NCBI GenBank assembly: GCA_964610465.1
Contig: CAZSWA010000006.1
Location: forward strand, 4,332 to 68,331
Source: an uncultured Gammaproteobacteria bacterium
GTDB taxonomy: Bacteria; Patescibacteriota; Microgenomatia; Levybacterales; UBA12049
Length of the DNA: 64,000 nucleotides
Direction: 5' to 3'
The translations under genes and the position numbers were made by a program. The notes under the pieces are model-generated. The model ran no database searches, was not told the origin of the DNA, and saw only the letters and a list, made by a program, of their open reading frames with translations. This document shows, in pieces, positions 47,846 to 57,481 of this stretch. Numbering within the stretch: position 1 is the first letter of the stretch; the number at the start of each line of letters is the position of its first letter.

Positions 47846-50605
47846 ATGATAATAGAAGGTGATAGAAGACCTGATAATGGTTCTATCCATAACCAAAAAA
47901 TTCCCTTTGACACTCCTAAAATAGGAGATCCTCATGGAGAAGTTTCTGGTAGGATAGGATTTACAGAGTTGCAGCAACTCTATCAAGCTCCAAAAGAATC
48001 CCGTGAAGTAAAATCTCCAACAGGAAAAGAGTGGATGTTTGTAGTGGAAGGATATACTCCGGAAGATTCAATAGAAGAAGAACGAAGAGAAAGACTCCTG
48101 GCATTAGGAAACGGAAATTTTACGATTGAACAAAAAGGTATAGATGGTTCAATACATATGGTATATCAAAAAGGTTTTTACATGCGTAACTCGGAGTCAG
48201 AATCTTCTGATTCAAGTCCTGTTGCTGCTGCGTTTAATATCGCAGGTTTTGGACTCCATATCAATAACGGTGAGCATTTAAATCCACGTACTTCTGATTT
48301 ATCTGACATAAAGAGAGAATATGACTTACGTCATGCAACTCTTACCACTTCGTATACATGGCATGAGCATGATAAAGGTCAGGAAAGAAAAACTGATGTA
48401 GAAATTGAATTATTTGTGAGTCAAACAGACCCAAATATCATTGCAAGAAAAATAACACTTAAGCCAAATTATAATGGTTCGCTGACAGTGAAAATGGGTA
48501 TTGAAGGGAACGCAGATAATGGTGGTATAGATTTTGTTGAAGAAGCACAGACAGAAGAAGTAGATGCTAAGATAACCCATTATAGTGCAAAAGCAAGATC
48601 ACATACTGAAGTATCAAAACCCAAAGATATTGCAATCGCACATAAAATAGATACCAATAGTGATGATATACAAAGAAAAATACTGCATGAAAATAGAAGC
48701 ATACACCAGGATATTACTGTAGCTGAAGCAAAAGCAGGTCAACCGTTGGTATTTGAAGAAATTATCAGTCTGCATACGAGTGTTGACCAAAAGTATGGAG
48801 ATAAATTTGGATGTACACCAGGAGAAGCTGCAATAGCTGAAATTAAAGAGGTAAAAAATTATGATGAGCTTAAAAAAGCTCATATAAAAGCCTGGGATAC
48901 AATTTGGGAAGATTCTGAACTTGAAGTAGAAGGTGACCCTGAAGTTGTATTTGCGCATCATTTTAACCGTTCACATTCCTTACAAGATGAACGAGAAGGT
49001 TATGATGAAGGCAGCACTGGAGCAAAGTTTAATCCTAAGCCGAGAAAAGGGTATGGTAGGCGCTCATTTCATGATGATAGATATCGAGCCCATAAAAAAC
49101 CTGAACTTTTAGAAACACACTTAAACTTCCGAATGAAATTAATGGAAGCAGCAAGAAAAAAAGCCAAGAGAACCCTATATGATTTTCGAATGAGAACAGC
49201 AACAACAGATGAAGAACGGGCAAAAGCAGAAACGCTTTATCACTCAAACATTGATGAAGGAATCCATTTGCCCTGGGAAGCATACTCTCCACCAGAGGAC
49301 GGAGAAGACCCAGAAGGCGGTCCAAAATGGATAATAAATGCTAAAGGAGAAAAAGTTGAAGTAGAAGCACTAGAAGAAGAAATTCATATTAATGCTGCAT
49401 TTGTACGGCAGATAGTGGAGCTCTATCATATGACAGGAGATAAAGAAAAACTCAGGAAATTTGCTCCATTTATTTTGGAATCAGCAAGATTCTATTCACT
49501 TCGTGGTTCTGAAGATGGAGTATATCGTGGAGTTATGGGTACTAATGAATACCATCCTCATGTGGATAATAATGGTTTAACCCAGACATATAGTAAATAT
49601 ACTATTGATAAAGCGCTTTGGTTATTGCAAGAAGGAATTGTCACAGATGAACAAATAAAAGAATTACATCTTACACAAGAAGAACTAGATAAATGGGAAG
49701 ATATGAGACAAAAAATTCATATTCCTCTTAATACAAAGACAATGATACTTAGTGCATTTGATGGGTATGAAGAAAAACAACATATTGATTTAAACTCGCC
49801 AGAGTATAAAGGTGTTGTTGGAATGGATAGTTTTCTTCTAAAAAAAGGGATACATGTGAGAGACACTGATGTTATTAAACAACCTGATGCAACACTTGTA
49901 TTACGGGAACTTTATTATGATTTTCTCAATCTTCTTTCACCTGAACAACTTAAGGAATTACGATTGAATAATCCTGGAAAATCAGATAATGAGATAATGG
50001 CTCTTATTTTTAAGACCAATCAGAAGTACTATAGAGAACATACGTGTCATGGTTCATCTCTCTCTCCAAATGAAAATGTGATAGCAGATCTTTTGGCTGG
50101 TGAAGATCCAAATACTGTATTTGAAACATACAAAGAGACTATTGCTATGGATGTATCACACAAGAATACTCATAACACACAAGACGGGTTACATAGTGGA
50201 AATATAAATGCAGCAGAAAAAGCTTTAGATGAAGGCTATGGAGGTGTTACAATAAATAAAGACGGTATTCATATGATACCAAGACTTCCTGATGCTAGTA
50301 AAATCTCAGTTATTCGAAGTACTGAATATTATAATGGAAATAAAGTAGGGATTGAAGTAAATCAAAATACAAATAAAATTACTGCAACTGCACTGGAATT
50401 TGCGCAAGGTGAAGAAGGAAGTGTGCCTGTATACTTAAATGGCAATTTTATATCCCTTTCAAGGGAGCATCGAACTGAATCAGTTGCACTTAAAGATACA
50501 GCTCAAGAACAACAGGAAAAAACAATTTTCTCTTCTACGCCGAAATTACCACAATTTTCACTTCCTCAACAACCTATATTTAATGGACAAACCTACGCTC
50601 AATAA
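47846..50605 (+). CDS. GH65 family glycoside phosphorylase/hydrolase (divergent)
   Basis: LGNG, EEIHINA, MGTNEYH..VDNN, KQPD, HGSSLS and DGLH motifs. Confidence 0.82.
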   Translation: MIIEGDRRPDNGSIHNQKIPFDTPKIGDPHGEVSGRIGFTELQQLYQAPKESREVKSPTGKEWMFVVEGYTPEDSIEEERRERLLALGNGNFTIEQKGIDGSIHMVYQKGFYMRNSESESSDSSPVAAAFNIAGFGLHINNGEHLNPRTSDLSDIKREYDLRHATLTTSYTWHEHDKGQERKTDVEIELFVSQTDPNIIARKITLKPNYNGSLTVKMGIEGNADNGGIDFVEEAQTEEVDAKITHYSAKARSHTEVSKPKDIAIAHKIDTNSDDIQRKILHENRSIHQDITVAEAKAGQPLVFEEIISLHTSVDQKYGDKFGCTPGEAAIAEIKEVKNYDELKKAHIKAWDTIWEDSELEVEGDPEVVFAHHFNRSHSLQDEREGYDEGSTGAKFNPKPRKGYGRRSFHDDRYRAHKKPELLETHLNFRMKLMEAARKKAKRTLYDFRMRTATTDEERAKAETLYHSNIDEGIHLPWEAYSPPEDGEDPEGGPKWIINAKGEKVEVEALEEEIHINAAFVRQIVELYHMTGDKEKLRKFAPFILESARFYSLRGSEDGVYRGVMGTNEYHPHVDNNGLTQTYSKYTIDKALWLLQEGIVTDEQIKELHLTQEELDKWEDMRQKIHIPLNTKTMILSAFDGYEEKQHIDLNSPEYKGVVGMDSFLLKKGIHVRDTDVIKQPDATLVLRELYYDFLNLLSPEQLKELRLNNPGKSDNEIMALIFKTNQKYYREHTCHGSSLSPNENVIADLLAGEDPNTVFETYKETIAMDVSHKNTHNTQDGLHSGNINAAEKALDEGYGGVTINKDGIHMIPRLPDASKISVIRSTEYYNGNKVGIEVNQNTNKITATALEFAQGEEGSVPVYLNGNFISLSREHRTESVALKDTAQEQQEKTIFSSTPKLPQFSLPQQPIFNGQTYAQ

Positions 50606-51285
50606 TTACTTTTACTCTCTTTGATGACGTAGCCGAATCCACGTACAGAGTGAAGGAGTTTTTTGGGATAGCCATTGTCAATTTTTTTTCTGAGGTAGCC
50701 CATGTAGACATCAACTACTCTGGTTTCTACTTCTGAGGAGTACAGCCAGATTCTACTTAAGATCATTTCTCGTGTTAATATTCTTCCTTTGTTACTCATT
50801 AAGTACTGAAGAAGTTTAAACTCCTGGGGAGTAAGTTGAATAAGTTTTCCAGAGCGTTTAACCTCTAAGGTTTTATTATCTAACTCTAAATCATCAACTT
50901 TGAGCGTTGCATTGGTATCTCCTTGTTTTCTTAGCCTTGCTTTAATACGAGCTAAGAATTCATCAGCAACAAAAGGTTTGGTCATGTAATCATCAGCACC
51001 AAGGTTTAAGCCTTGAACAATATCATTGATGGAGTCTTTGGCAGTAAGAATGATGATAGGCAGGTCTTTATGTTTTTTTCTGATTTCCTGACACACTGCT
51101 TCACCACTCATGTTAGGAAGACCTAAATCAAGAACCACCACATCCGGGTCTCCTTTTTTAAAGTATTCTAAAGCTTGAATACCATCTCCTACTGTATGCA
51201 CAGCATACCCATTATCCAGCAACAACTCCTTCAAATACTTCTGCAATCCCTTATCATCTTCCACTACCAATGTAGTATTTACCAT
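50599..51285 (-). CDS. OmpR/PhoB-family response regulator, copy 2
   Basis: Same protein as copy 1 except at the termini. Confidence 0.95.
   Translation of the reverse strand: MVNTTLVVEDDKGLQKYLKELLLDNGYAVHTVGDGIQALEYFKKGDPDVVVLDLGLPNMSGEAVCQEIRKKHKDLPIIILTAKDSINDIVQGLNLGADDYMTKPFVADEFLARIKARLRKQGDTNATLKVDDLELDNKTLEVKRSGKLIQLTPQEFKLLQYLMSNKGRILTREMILSRIWLYSSEVETRVVDVYMGYLRKKIDNGYPKKLLHSVRGFGYVIKESKSNY
50618..51267. repeat. 650-bp direct repeat, copy 2
   Basis: Identical by eye to 45578-46227. Confidence 0.92.
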
Positions 51286-51486
51286 TACTCGAAATTATAA
51301 CAAATAAATAGAGACTTACAAGAGAAATGATACATTTCTTGCAATCTTATTACAGAAAGTAAGAGATTTATTACCAAATTATCATACTAGCTCTTCTGTT
51401 TTACAGAAAGCACTGATAATAGAAAGAAAATGTACTATGTTTTTACATATTTCTTACGCTCTAATAGTTGCATTTTTACAAAAAAC

Positions 51487-51514
51487 TTGACAAAATAAAA
51501 TATTTTGGTATAAT
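51487..51514 (+). promoter_or_regulatory. Sigma70 promoter upstream of the GH18 gene
   Basis: TTGACA-16 bp-TATAAT with extended TG. Confidence 0.7.
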
Positions 51515-51592
51515 TCGCCCCAAGTCCTTCGGTTTTATTCTTAACATATTATCTTTAACAATCAAAATCAGTTATTCCTAAATAAATAACTT

Positions 51593-52951
51593 ATGGATTT
51601 GAAACTGCCCGGTTATAGACAAAAACAATTTATACGATTCTTACAACAAAACGGTACTTCCACAAGTGCATATAAGAAAAAAAGCCTACTAGTCTCTCTT
51701 GAATACATTTGGGCATTTCTCATTTGTGCATTTACGCTTCTCACACTTCTTCTTTTTTATGTCCCAATGACCCATACAAACAAAAGTAAATTTGTTTCAC
51801 CAATGGTTCTCGACTGGAAAAAGACTAATCTTAAACCACTTACCCAAAGTAAAAAAGGATATGAAGTATTTGGATTTGCACCCTATTGGACAATTAATAA
51901 ACTTGATAATGTTGATTTTAGTACATTGACCACTTTTTCTTACTTTGGCGTACCAGTTGATGCATATGGTAATTTGCAAAGAGATGATCAAGGGTATCTT
52001 ACATTTATAAGTGATAAGGCAAGTGATATCTTCAAAAAAGCTCATGCAACAAATACTAGAGTTGTCTTGACTGTTACCCAAATGGATAATTATTCTATTG
52101 CGTCTCTTCTTGATAATCCTGATGCACAAGCTAACGCGATTTCCCAAATAGTAACTGAAGTAAAAAATCGCGGTATCGATGGAGTAAACGTGGATTTTGA
52201 ATATGTAGGCGATCCAGGAGACGGATATCGTACAGAGTTTACCAATTTTGTGAGTAACTTAACTGATAAGCTGCATCAGCAAGTACCAAACTCAAAAGTA
52301 ACAGTATCTGTATATGCTCTTTCAGTACGCGATCCAAAACTCTACAATATTGCAAGTCTTGCAAAACATACGGACGGAATTTTTATGATGGCTTATGATT
52401 TTGCAGGAGTTGGTGCTGACAATGCGATGCCTACTGCCCCATTATATGGATACAATCAAGGAAAATATCCATATGATGTATCAACTGCGGTAAATGATTT
52501 TCTTAAAGTAATGCCATCTGAAAAACTCATTCTTGGAGTCCCGTATTATGGATATAACTATCTGGTTTATCAACCTCAAGTAAATAGCCAAACGCTTCCC
52601 TATTGGACATGGAAAGGTCAGCCAATGACACAGACATATTCTATCGCACAAGATGATATCCAGCCAACCATGGATGGTGTTGACGCGTATACCACTGGTT
52701 GGGATGCTGTAGGGGATGTAGGATACAAAGCCTATCATGATACGTATAACGATACCTGGAGAATGATATTTGTAGAAGATACCAAATCACTGGGGATGAA
52801 ATATGACTTCGCAAAAAATAAAAATCTTGCTGGAATAGGAATTTGGGCTCTTGGATTTGATGATGGTAAAAAGGAACTATGGGCATTATTACGACAAAAA
52901 TTCGGAGAGAAATTAGCTGATAGCAGAGGAGCAAACTATGGAACAAATTGA
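51593..52951 (+). CDS. Membrane-anchored GH18 glycoside hydrolase
   Basis: DGVNVDFEY, MAYD, LILGVPYYG and GIGIWALG motifs. Confidence 0.9.
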   Translation: MDLKLPGYRQKQFIRFLQQNGTSTSAYKKKSLLVSLEYIWAFLICAFTLLTLLLFYVPMTHTNKSKFVSPMVLDWKKTNLKPLTQSKKGYEVFGFAPYWTINKLDNVDFSTLTTFSYFGVPVDAYGNLQRDDQGYLTFISDKASDIFKKAHATNTRVVLTVTQMDNYSIASLLDNPDAQANAISQIVTEVKNRGIDGVNVDFEYVGDPGDGYRTEFTNFVSNLTDKLHQQVPNSKVTVSVYALSVRDPKLYNIASLAKHTDGIFMMAYDFAGVGADNAMPTAPLYGYNQGKYPYDVSTAVNDFLKVMPSEKLILGVPYYGYNYLVYQPQVNSQTLPYWTWKGQPMTQTYSIAQDDIQPTMDGVDAYTTGWDAVGDVGYKAYHDTYNDTWRMIFVEDTKSLGMKYDFAKNKNLAGIGIWALGFDDGKKELWALLRQKFGEKLADSRGANYGTN

Positions 52952-54032
52952 AAAGATCTTACAAATAATTGAAGAGAATATCTCATTTTCACCTTTTCAA
53001 ATACGTATTTTTATCGGTACCTGCACTGCCATGTTTATCATGGTAGTATTGCAACATTTGGGTATTCAATCTCCGCTTAGGTTACAAAAATTAATTTCAC
53101 CAATTACTAAAAAAACAGATATTTTTATGACAATTCGTCAAAAACTTGATGGGAAACCTACTCAATATAAATTGCATGGACAATCATCACTTATCCAAAG
53201 CACATACGCTGCTTCAGATTACGATTCAGCCAATTCATATGCAGTGATAGATTTTGATTCAGGGAATGTTCTTGCACAGAAAGATATCAGTAAAAAAATT
53301 TCTATTGCCTCTCTCACTAAGCTTATGACTGCTGTTGTGGCACTTGATCTCACATCACCTGATGAGGTTTTTACCGTTACTCCGACTGCTGCAAATATGC
53401 CTCCCACAAAACTTGGACTTACTCCTGGTGAAAAATTAACACTTTATGAATTATTGCATGGTGCACTTATGACATCTGCCAATGATGCAGCAGAGGAGAT
53501 AAAAGATGGAATTAATCAAAAATATAACTCTGATATTTTTGTACGGGCAATGAATGAAAAAGCACAATTTTTAGGACTCAAAAACTCTAACTTTACCAAC
53601 CCGCAAGGACTTGATTGGGGCGATAATTATAGTAGCGTAGAGGATTTGGCAATACTTACAAATTATGCATTTACCAATTATCCTTTAATTTCAGAGATTG
53701 TCCAAAAAGATTTCCAGCATTTTGCAGCCAATGAAAACCACCCTCAAATGGATTTAAACAATTGGAACGGGTTGTTGGATGTATATCCAGATACAAAAGG
53801 AGTAAAGATAGGCAATACCAGAGCTGCCGGATATACCACAATTGCATTGTCTAACAGGGGAGGAAAAAGAATACTTGCAGTAGTACTAGGTGCTCCCGGA
53901 ATTTTACAAAGGGATCTATGGGCATCTGAACTTTTGGATTTGGGATACCAAAAGACGTTAAACCTTGATCCCATAAATATAACAGAGAGTCAACTAAAAG
54001 AAAAATATAACAGTTGGCAGTATTGGAATTAA
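52938..54032 (+). CDS. D-alanyl-D-alanine carboxypeptidase (peptidase S11)
   Basis: SLTK, SAN and KIG motifs. Confidence 0.9.
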   Translation: MEQIEKILQIIEENISFSPFQIRIFIGTCTAMFIMVVLQHLGIQSPLRLQKLISPITKKTDIFMTIRQKLDGKPTQYKLHGQSSLIQSTYAASDYDSANSYAVIDFDSGNVLAQKDISKKISIASLTKLMTAVVALDLTSPDEVFTVTPTAANMPPTKLGLTPGEKLTLYELLHGALMTSANDAAEEIKDGINQKYNSDIFVRAMNEKAQFLGLKNSNFTNPQGLDWGDNYSSVEDLAILTNYAFTNYPLISEIVQKDFQHFAANENHPQMDLNNWNGLLDVYPDTKGVKIGNTRAAGYTTIALSNRGGKRILAVVLGAPGILQRDLWASELLDLGYQKTLNLDPINITESQLKEKYNSWQYWN

Positions 54033-54075
54033 AACTTTGTAAATAATCAAAAGATTTGAAAGGTGGTGAAGATTG

Positions 54076-54150
54076 ATGAAGGAGTTTATAAGAAGATTGA
54101 TTAGTATATTTGGAAGAAAACCAGCCTACGCGCCAGTACGAGTGAGATAG
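54076..54150 (+). CDS. Putative 24-aa small peptide MKEFIRRLISIFGRKPAYAPVRVR
   Basis: AAAGGTGGTGA ribosome-binding site 6 nt before the ATG. Confidence 0.55.
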   Translation: MKEFIRRLISIFGRKPAYAPVRVR

Positions 54151-54281
54151 TTTTTTTGCTTTTTTTACATTTTCCTCATGTGATATCTTCTATTATCTTG
54201 TATTCTCAAGATAAATCTTACAAATTTTTTTCAATTCCTTTACAAAGTAAACAGTATTGTATAGGTATACTTTTCACAAAA

Positions 54282-56423
54282 ATGAAACACCTAACTGCTC
54301 TTATCTATCCATACAAAACTGAACTATTAATTTCTTCAATAGCAATACTCGGTTTTGTGTTATTTATTCCTGTGTTTACCTATGTCTATTTTGCCAATGA
54401 TTTAAAAAGTAAAGATGCAATCATGAACAGGAATAATACAGGGATTATTTTAACTGATAGAAATAACAAACCATTTTTTACGTTTTATCAAGCAAAATAT
54501 ACAAGTTCTGTTTCCCTTTCTCAAATACCGGCGTTTGTGCAGGAAGCGGTTATTGCCTCAGAAGATAAAGATTTTTATCATCACTCAGGATTCTCATTCG
54601 TATCAATTATTCGTGCTTCATTATATGATTTGCTTCATCAGGATGTAAGTTATGGCGGCTCTACAATTACTCAGCAATTAGTAAAAAATGCCCTGTTAAA
54701 TTCCAATAAAAATTTTTTGCGAAAATATCAAGAACTGGTACTTGCACAAGAAATTGAAAGACGGTATAGCAAACAAGAGATTCTGGAAATGTATTTGAAT
54801 TCCGTATATCTTGGAGAAGGAGCATTTGGAGTTGATAATGCCGCACTCACTTATTTTGGCAAGCATGCAAAAGACCTCACTCTTGCACAAACAAGTTTTT
54901 TGGCTGCAATTCTCCCATCACCTTCAACTTTGTCTCCTTTTACTGGAAGTATTTTACAAGCAAAAGTGAGGCAAAGGATAGTTCTTGAAAAAATGTATGA
55001 GCAAAACTACATTAACAAATATCAAGAATTGCAGGCAGAAAAAGAACAGCTTACTTTTAATAATTCTAATCAAGATATCAATTCCTATGCTCCGCATTTT
55101 GCGCTCATGGTTCGGGACGAGCTTATAAAAAAATATGGTGAGGAATATATTTCCCGCTCAGGATTTCGAGTACGAACTACACTAGATCTTGAGAAACAAA
55201 AAGTTGCAGAACAAGCGGTCAAAAAACAAGTCACAAATCTCGCTCTCGATAATGTATCAAACGGCGCAGCGGTTGCAATTGATCCAAAAACCGGAGAAAT
55301 ACTTGCGCTTGTTGGGAGTACCAACTGGTATGATAATAAATTTGGCAAAATGAATCTGGCTACTACCCCTCGTTCTGTTGGTTCTTCCTTTAAACCTATC
55401 GTGTACTCGGCAGCTTTTGAAGAACATCTCATTACCCCTGCGACACTACTTCATGATGTGCCAACGGTATTTCCCGGAGGATATGCTCCTCTTGATTATG
55501 ATAGAAAATTTAGAGGAAGTGTAACAGTACGACGGGCATTATCAAATTCTCTCAATGTTCCAGCAGTTGAAGTAATGACAAAAGTAGGTTTACCTAACGC
55601 TCTTGCAATGGCAAAGAGACTTGGTGTCACATCACTTGGTGATCCATCAAACTACGGTTTGTCTCTTGTTCTTGGCACAGGTGAAGTTCCTCTTGTTGAG
55701 CTTACTGATGCTTATGCTGTTTTTGCCAACAATGGAATACATAATCAACCAGTAACAATACTTGATATTTATAATAAATACAATACAAAAGTGTATTACT
55801 ACAAACCAAAACCTCAGCAAGTGCTAAGTCCGGCTGTTGCATTTCTTATCTCATTAATTCTTTCTGATAACAACGCACGGGCTGAAGAATTTGGAAATTT
55901 GTTAACTATTTCACGGCCTGCTGCGGTTAAAACGGGTACGGCAGAGGATTATAAAGATGCATTAACTATCGGCTATACTCCAAGTCTTGTCGTTGGAGTA
56001 TGGGTTGGCAACAATGATAATAGCGTGATGGATAGTGTTGCAGGTTCCCTTGGGGCTGCGCCAATTTGGAAAGATATGATGGAAAATTATTTAGCAAATA
56101 CGATAGTTGAAAATTTTTCTCCGCCATCAGATATTGTACAAGCAAATGTTTGTGGCAATGGAACTGTAATACGAGATGGAAACAGAATATCATACGGTCA
56201 GACAGAGTATTTTATAAAAGGTACACAGCCTATCAATACTTTTTGTACTGTAGCTCCAAGAATTGCATTTCCAAATGGGGTAATTCCATCTCAGCAGCCT
56301 TTTCCAAATTACCAAAATCAAAGTCCAGATACCCAAAATATTGGTAAGGAAATACAAAAAAGAATACATGAGGAAATAAAGCAAACAGAACAAGCCAGAA
56401 AAACCAATGCTATATCTGAATAA
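54282..56423 (+). CDS. Class A penicillin-binding protein (PBP1A family)
   Basis: EDKDFYHH, GGSTITQQL, SSFK, SLN and KTG motifs. Confidence 0.95.
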   Translation: MKHLTALIYPYKTELLISSIAILGFVLFIPVFTYVYFANDLKSKDAIMNRNNTGIILTDRNNKPFFTFYQAKYTSSVSLSQIPAFVQEAVIASEDKDFYHHSGFSFVSIIRASLYDLLHQDVSYGGSTITQQLVKNALLNSNKNFLRKYQELVLAQEIERRYSKQEILEMYLNSVYLGEGAFGVDNAALTYFGKHAKDLTLAQTSFLAAILPSPSTLSPFTGSILQAKVRQRIVLEKMYEQNYINKYQELQAEKEQLTFNNSNQDINSYAPHFALMVRDELIKKYGEEYISRSGFRVRTTLDLEKQKVAEQAVKKQVTNLALDNVSNGAAVAIDPKTGEILALVGSTNWYDNKFGKMNLATTPRSVGSSFKPIVYSAAFEEHLITPATLLHDVPTVFPGGYAPLDYDRKFRGSVTVRRALSNSLNVPAVEVMTKVGLPNALAMAKRLGVTSLGDPSNYGLSLVLGTGEVPLVELTDAYAVFANNGIHNQPVTILDIYNKYNTKVYYYKPKPQQVLSPAVAFLISLILSDNNARAEEFGNLLTISRPAAVKTGTAEDYKDALTIGYTPSLVVGVWVGNNDNSVMDSVAGSLGAAPIWKDMMENYLANTIVENFSPPSDIVQANVCGNGTVIRDGNRISYGQTEYFIKGTQPINTFCTVAPRIAFPNGVIPSQQPFPNYQNQSPDTQNIGKEIQKRIHEEIKQTEQARKTNAISE

Positions 56424-56514
56424 TTATTGCTACTCTTACAATCCATTCTATTAGAATACGTATTGACAAGTTTCCGCTAATATTATTAGATGAATATAGT
56501 AGTATTTTCCTGCC

Positions 56515-57465
56515 ATGGATACAAATGATAAAAGCGCTATTCCAAACCAAGAACCACGAGTTCAGCCAAATAACACTTTACCCAACAATACTGTTCCACT
56601 AGCTTCGACTCCAGCACAACCGGTAGCTTCAACACCCCCTCCACCTGTTTCCTCACAGCACAAAAGTAATTACTCTACCGCATTTGTTATTATTTTTCTC
56701 ATTTGTGCTTTTCTTAGCGGTCTTATTCTAGCAATGGTATTTTTCCAAAACGAACTGCAAAAACTCAACGCTGCAAAACCATCGGCAAGTAGTACATCAT
56801 CTATTTCCAAAACTGTAATTGTTGGTACTGACGCAACAGCTCCGCCTATGGAATCGGTGAATAAACAAGGAGGGTTAATAGGATATGATATTGATTTAGG
56901 ATATCGTTTAGCCAATGAAATGGGGGTAAAAGCTGAGTTTAAAAACATTCCCTGGGATAATATATTTCAGGCACTTTTGGATAAGAAAATTGACATGATT
57001 ATATCTTCAGTTACTATTACTGACGAAAGAAAACAAAAATATGCATTTTCAGATTCATATATAAATGCAGGACAGGTTATCGTTTCAAGGAAAGATCATC
57101 CGTATAAAACTACAGCAGAACTTATGGGTAAGAAGCTATCTGTTCAAAAAGGGACAACGGATGAAAAAGAAGCATTAACACTTACAAATCCTAATCTTGT
57201 AGTAAGTTTCAGTGATTTTGTTGATGCGACAAAAGCTTTAGCCAATGGGCAAGTAGATGCGATGATATCTGATCTTACATTTGCAAAAGGATTTATCAGT
57301 GAATACGATAATTTAAAAATTACGAGTGATCCTTTCACCAATGAATATTATGGAGTAGTTATGAGAAAAGAAAATAAAGATCTTCTAAAAAAAGTAAACG
57401 ATGCGTTAAATATTTTACAGGTAAACGGCGTACTCACAGACTTAAAACAGAAATGGCTCAATTAG
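56515..57465 (+). CDS. Membrane-anchored family 3 (polar amino acid) solute-binding protein
   Basis: GYDIDL, KKIDMIISSVTITDER and QKGTT motifs. Confidence 0.9.
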   Translation: MDTNDKSAIPNQEPRVQPNNTLPNNTVPLASTPAQPVASTPPPPVSSQHKSNYSTAFVIIFLICAFLSGLILAMVFFQNELQKLNAAKPSASSTSSISKTVIVGTDATAPPMESVNKQGGLIGYDIDLGYRLANEMGVKAEFKNIPWDNIFQALLDKKIDMIISSVTITDERKQKYAFSDSYINAGQVIVSRKDHPYKTTAELMGKKLSVQKGTTDEKEALTLTNPNLVVSFSDFVDATKALANGQVDAMISDLTFAKGFISEYDNLKITSDPFTNEYYGVVMRKENKDLLKKVNDALNILQVNGVLTDLKQKWLN

Positions 57466-57481
57466 GAGACACAATAAATGA

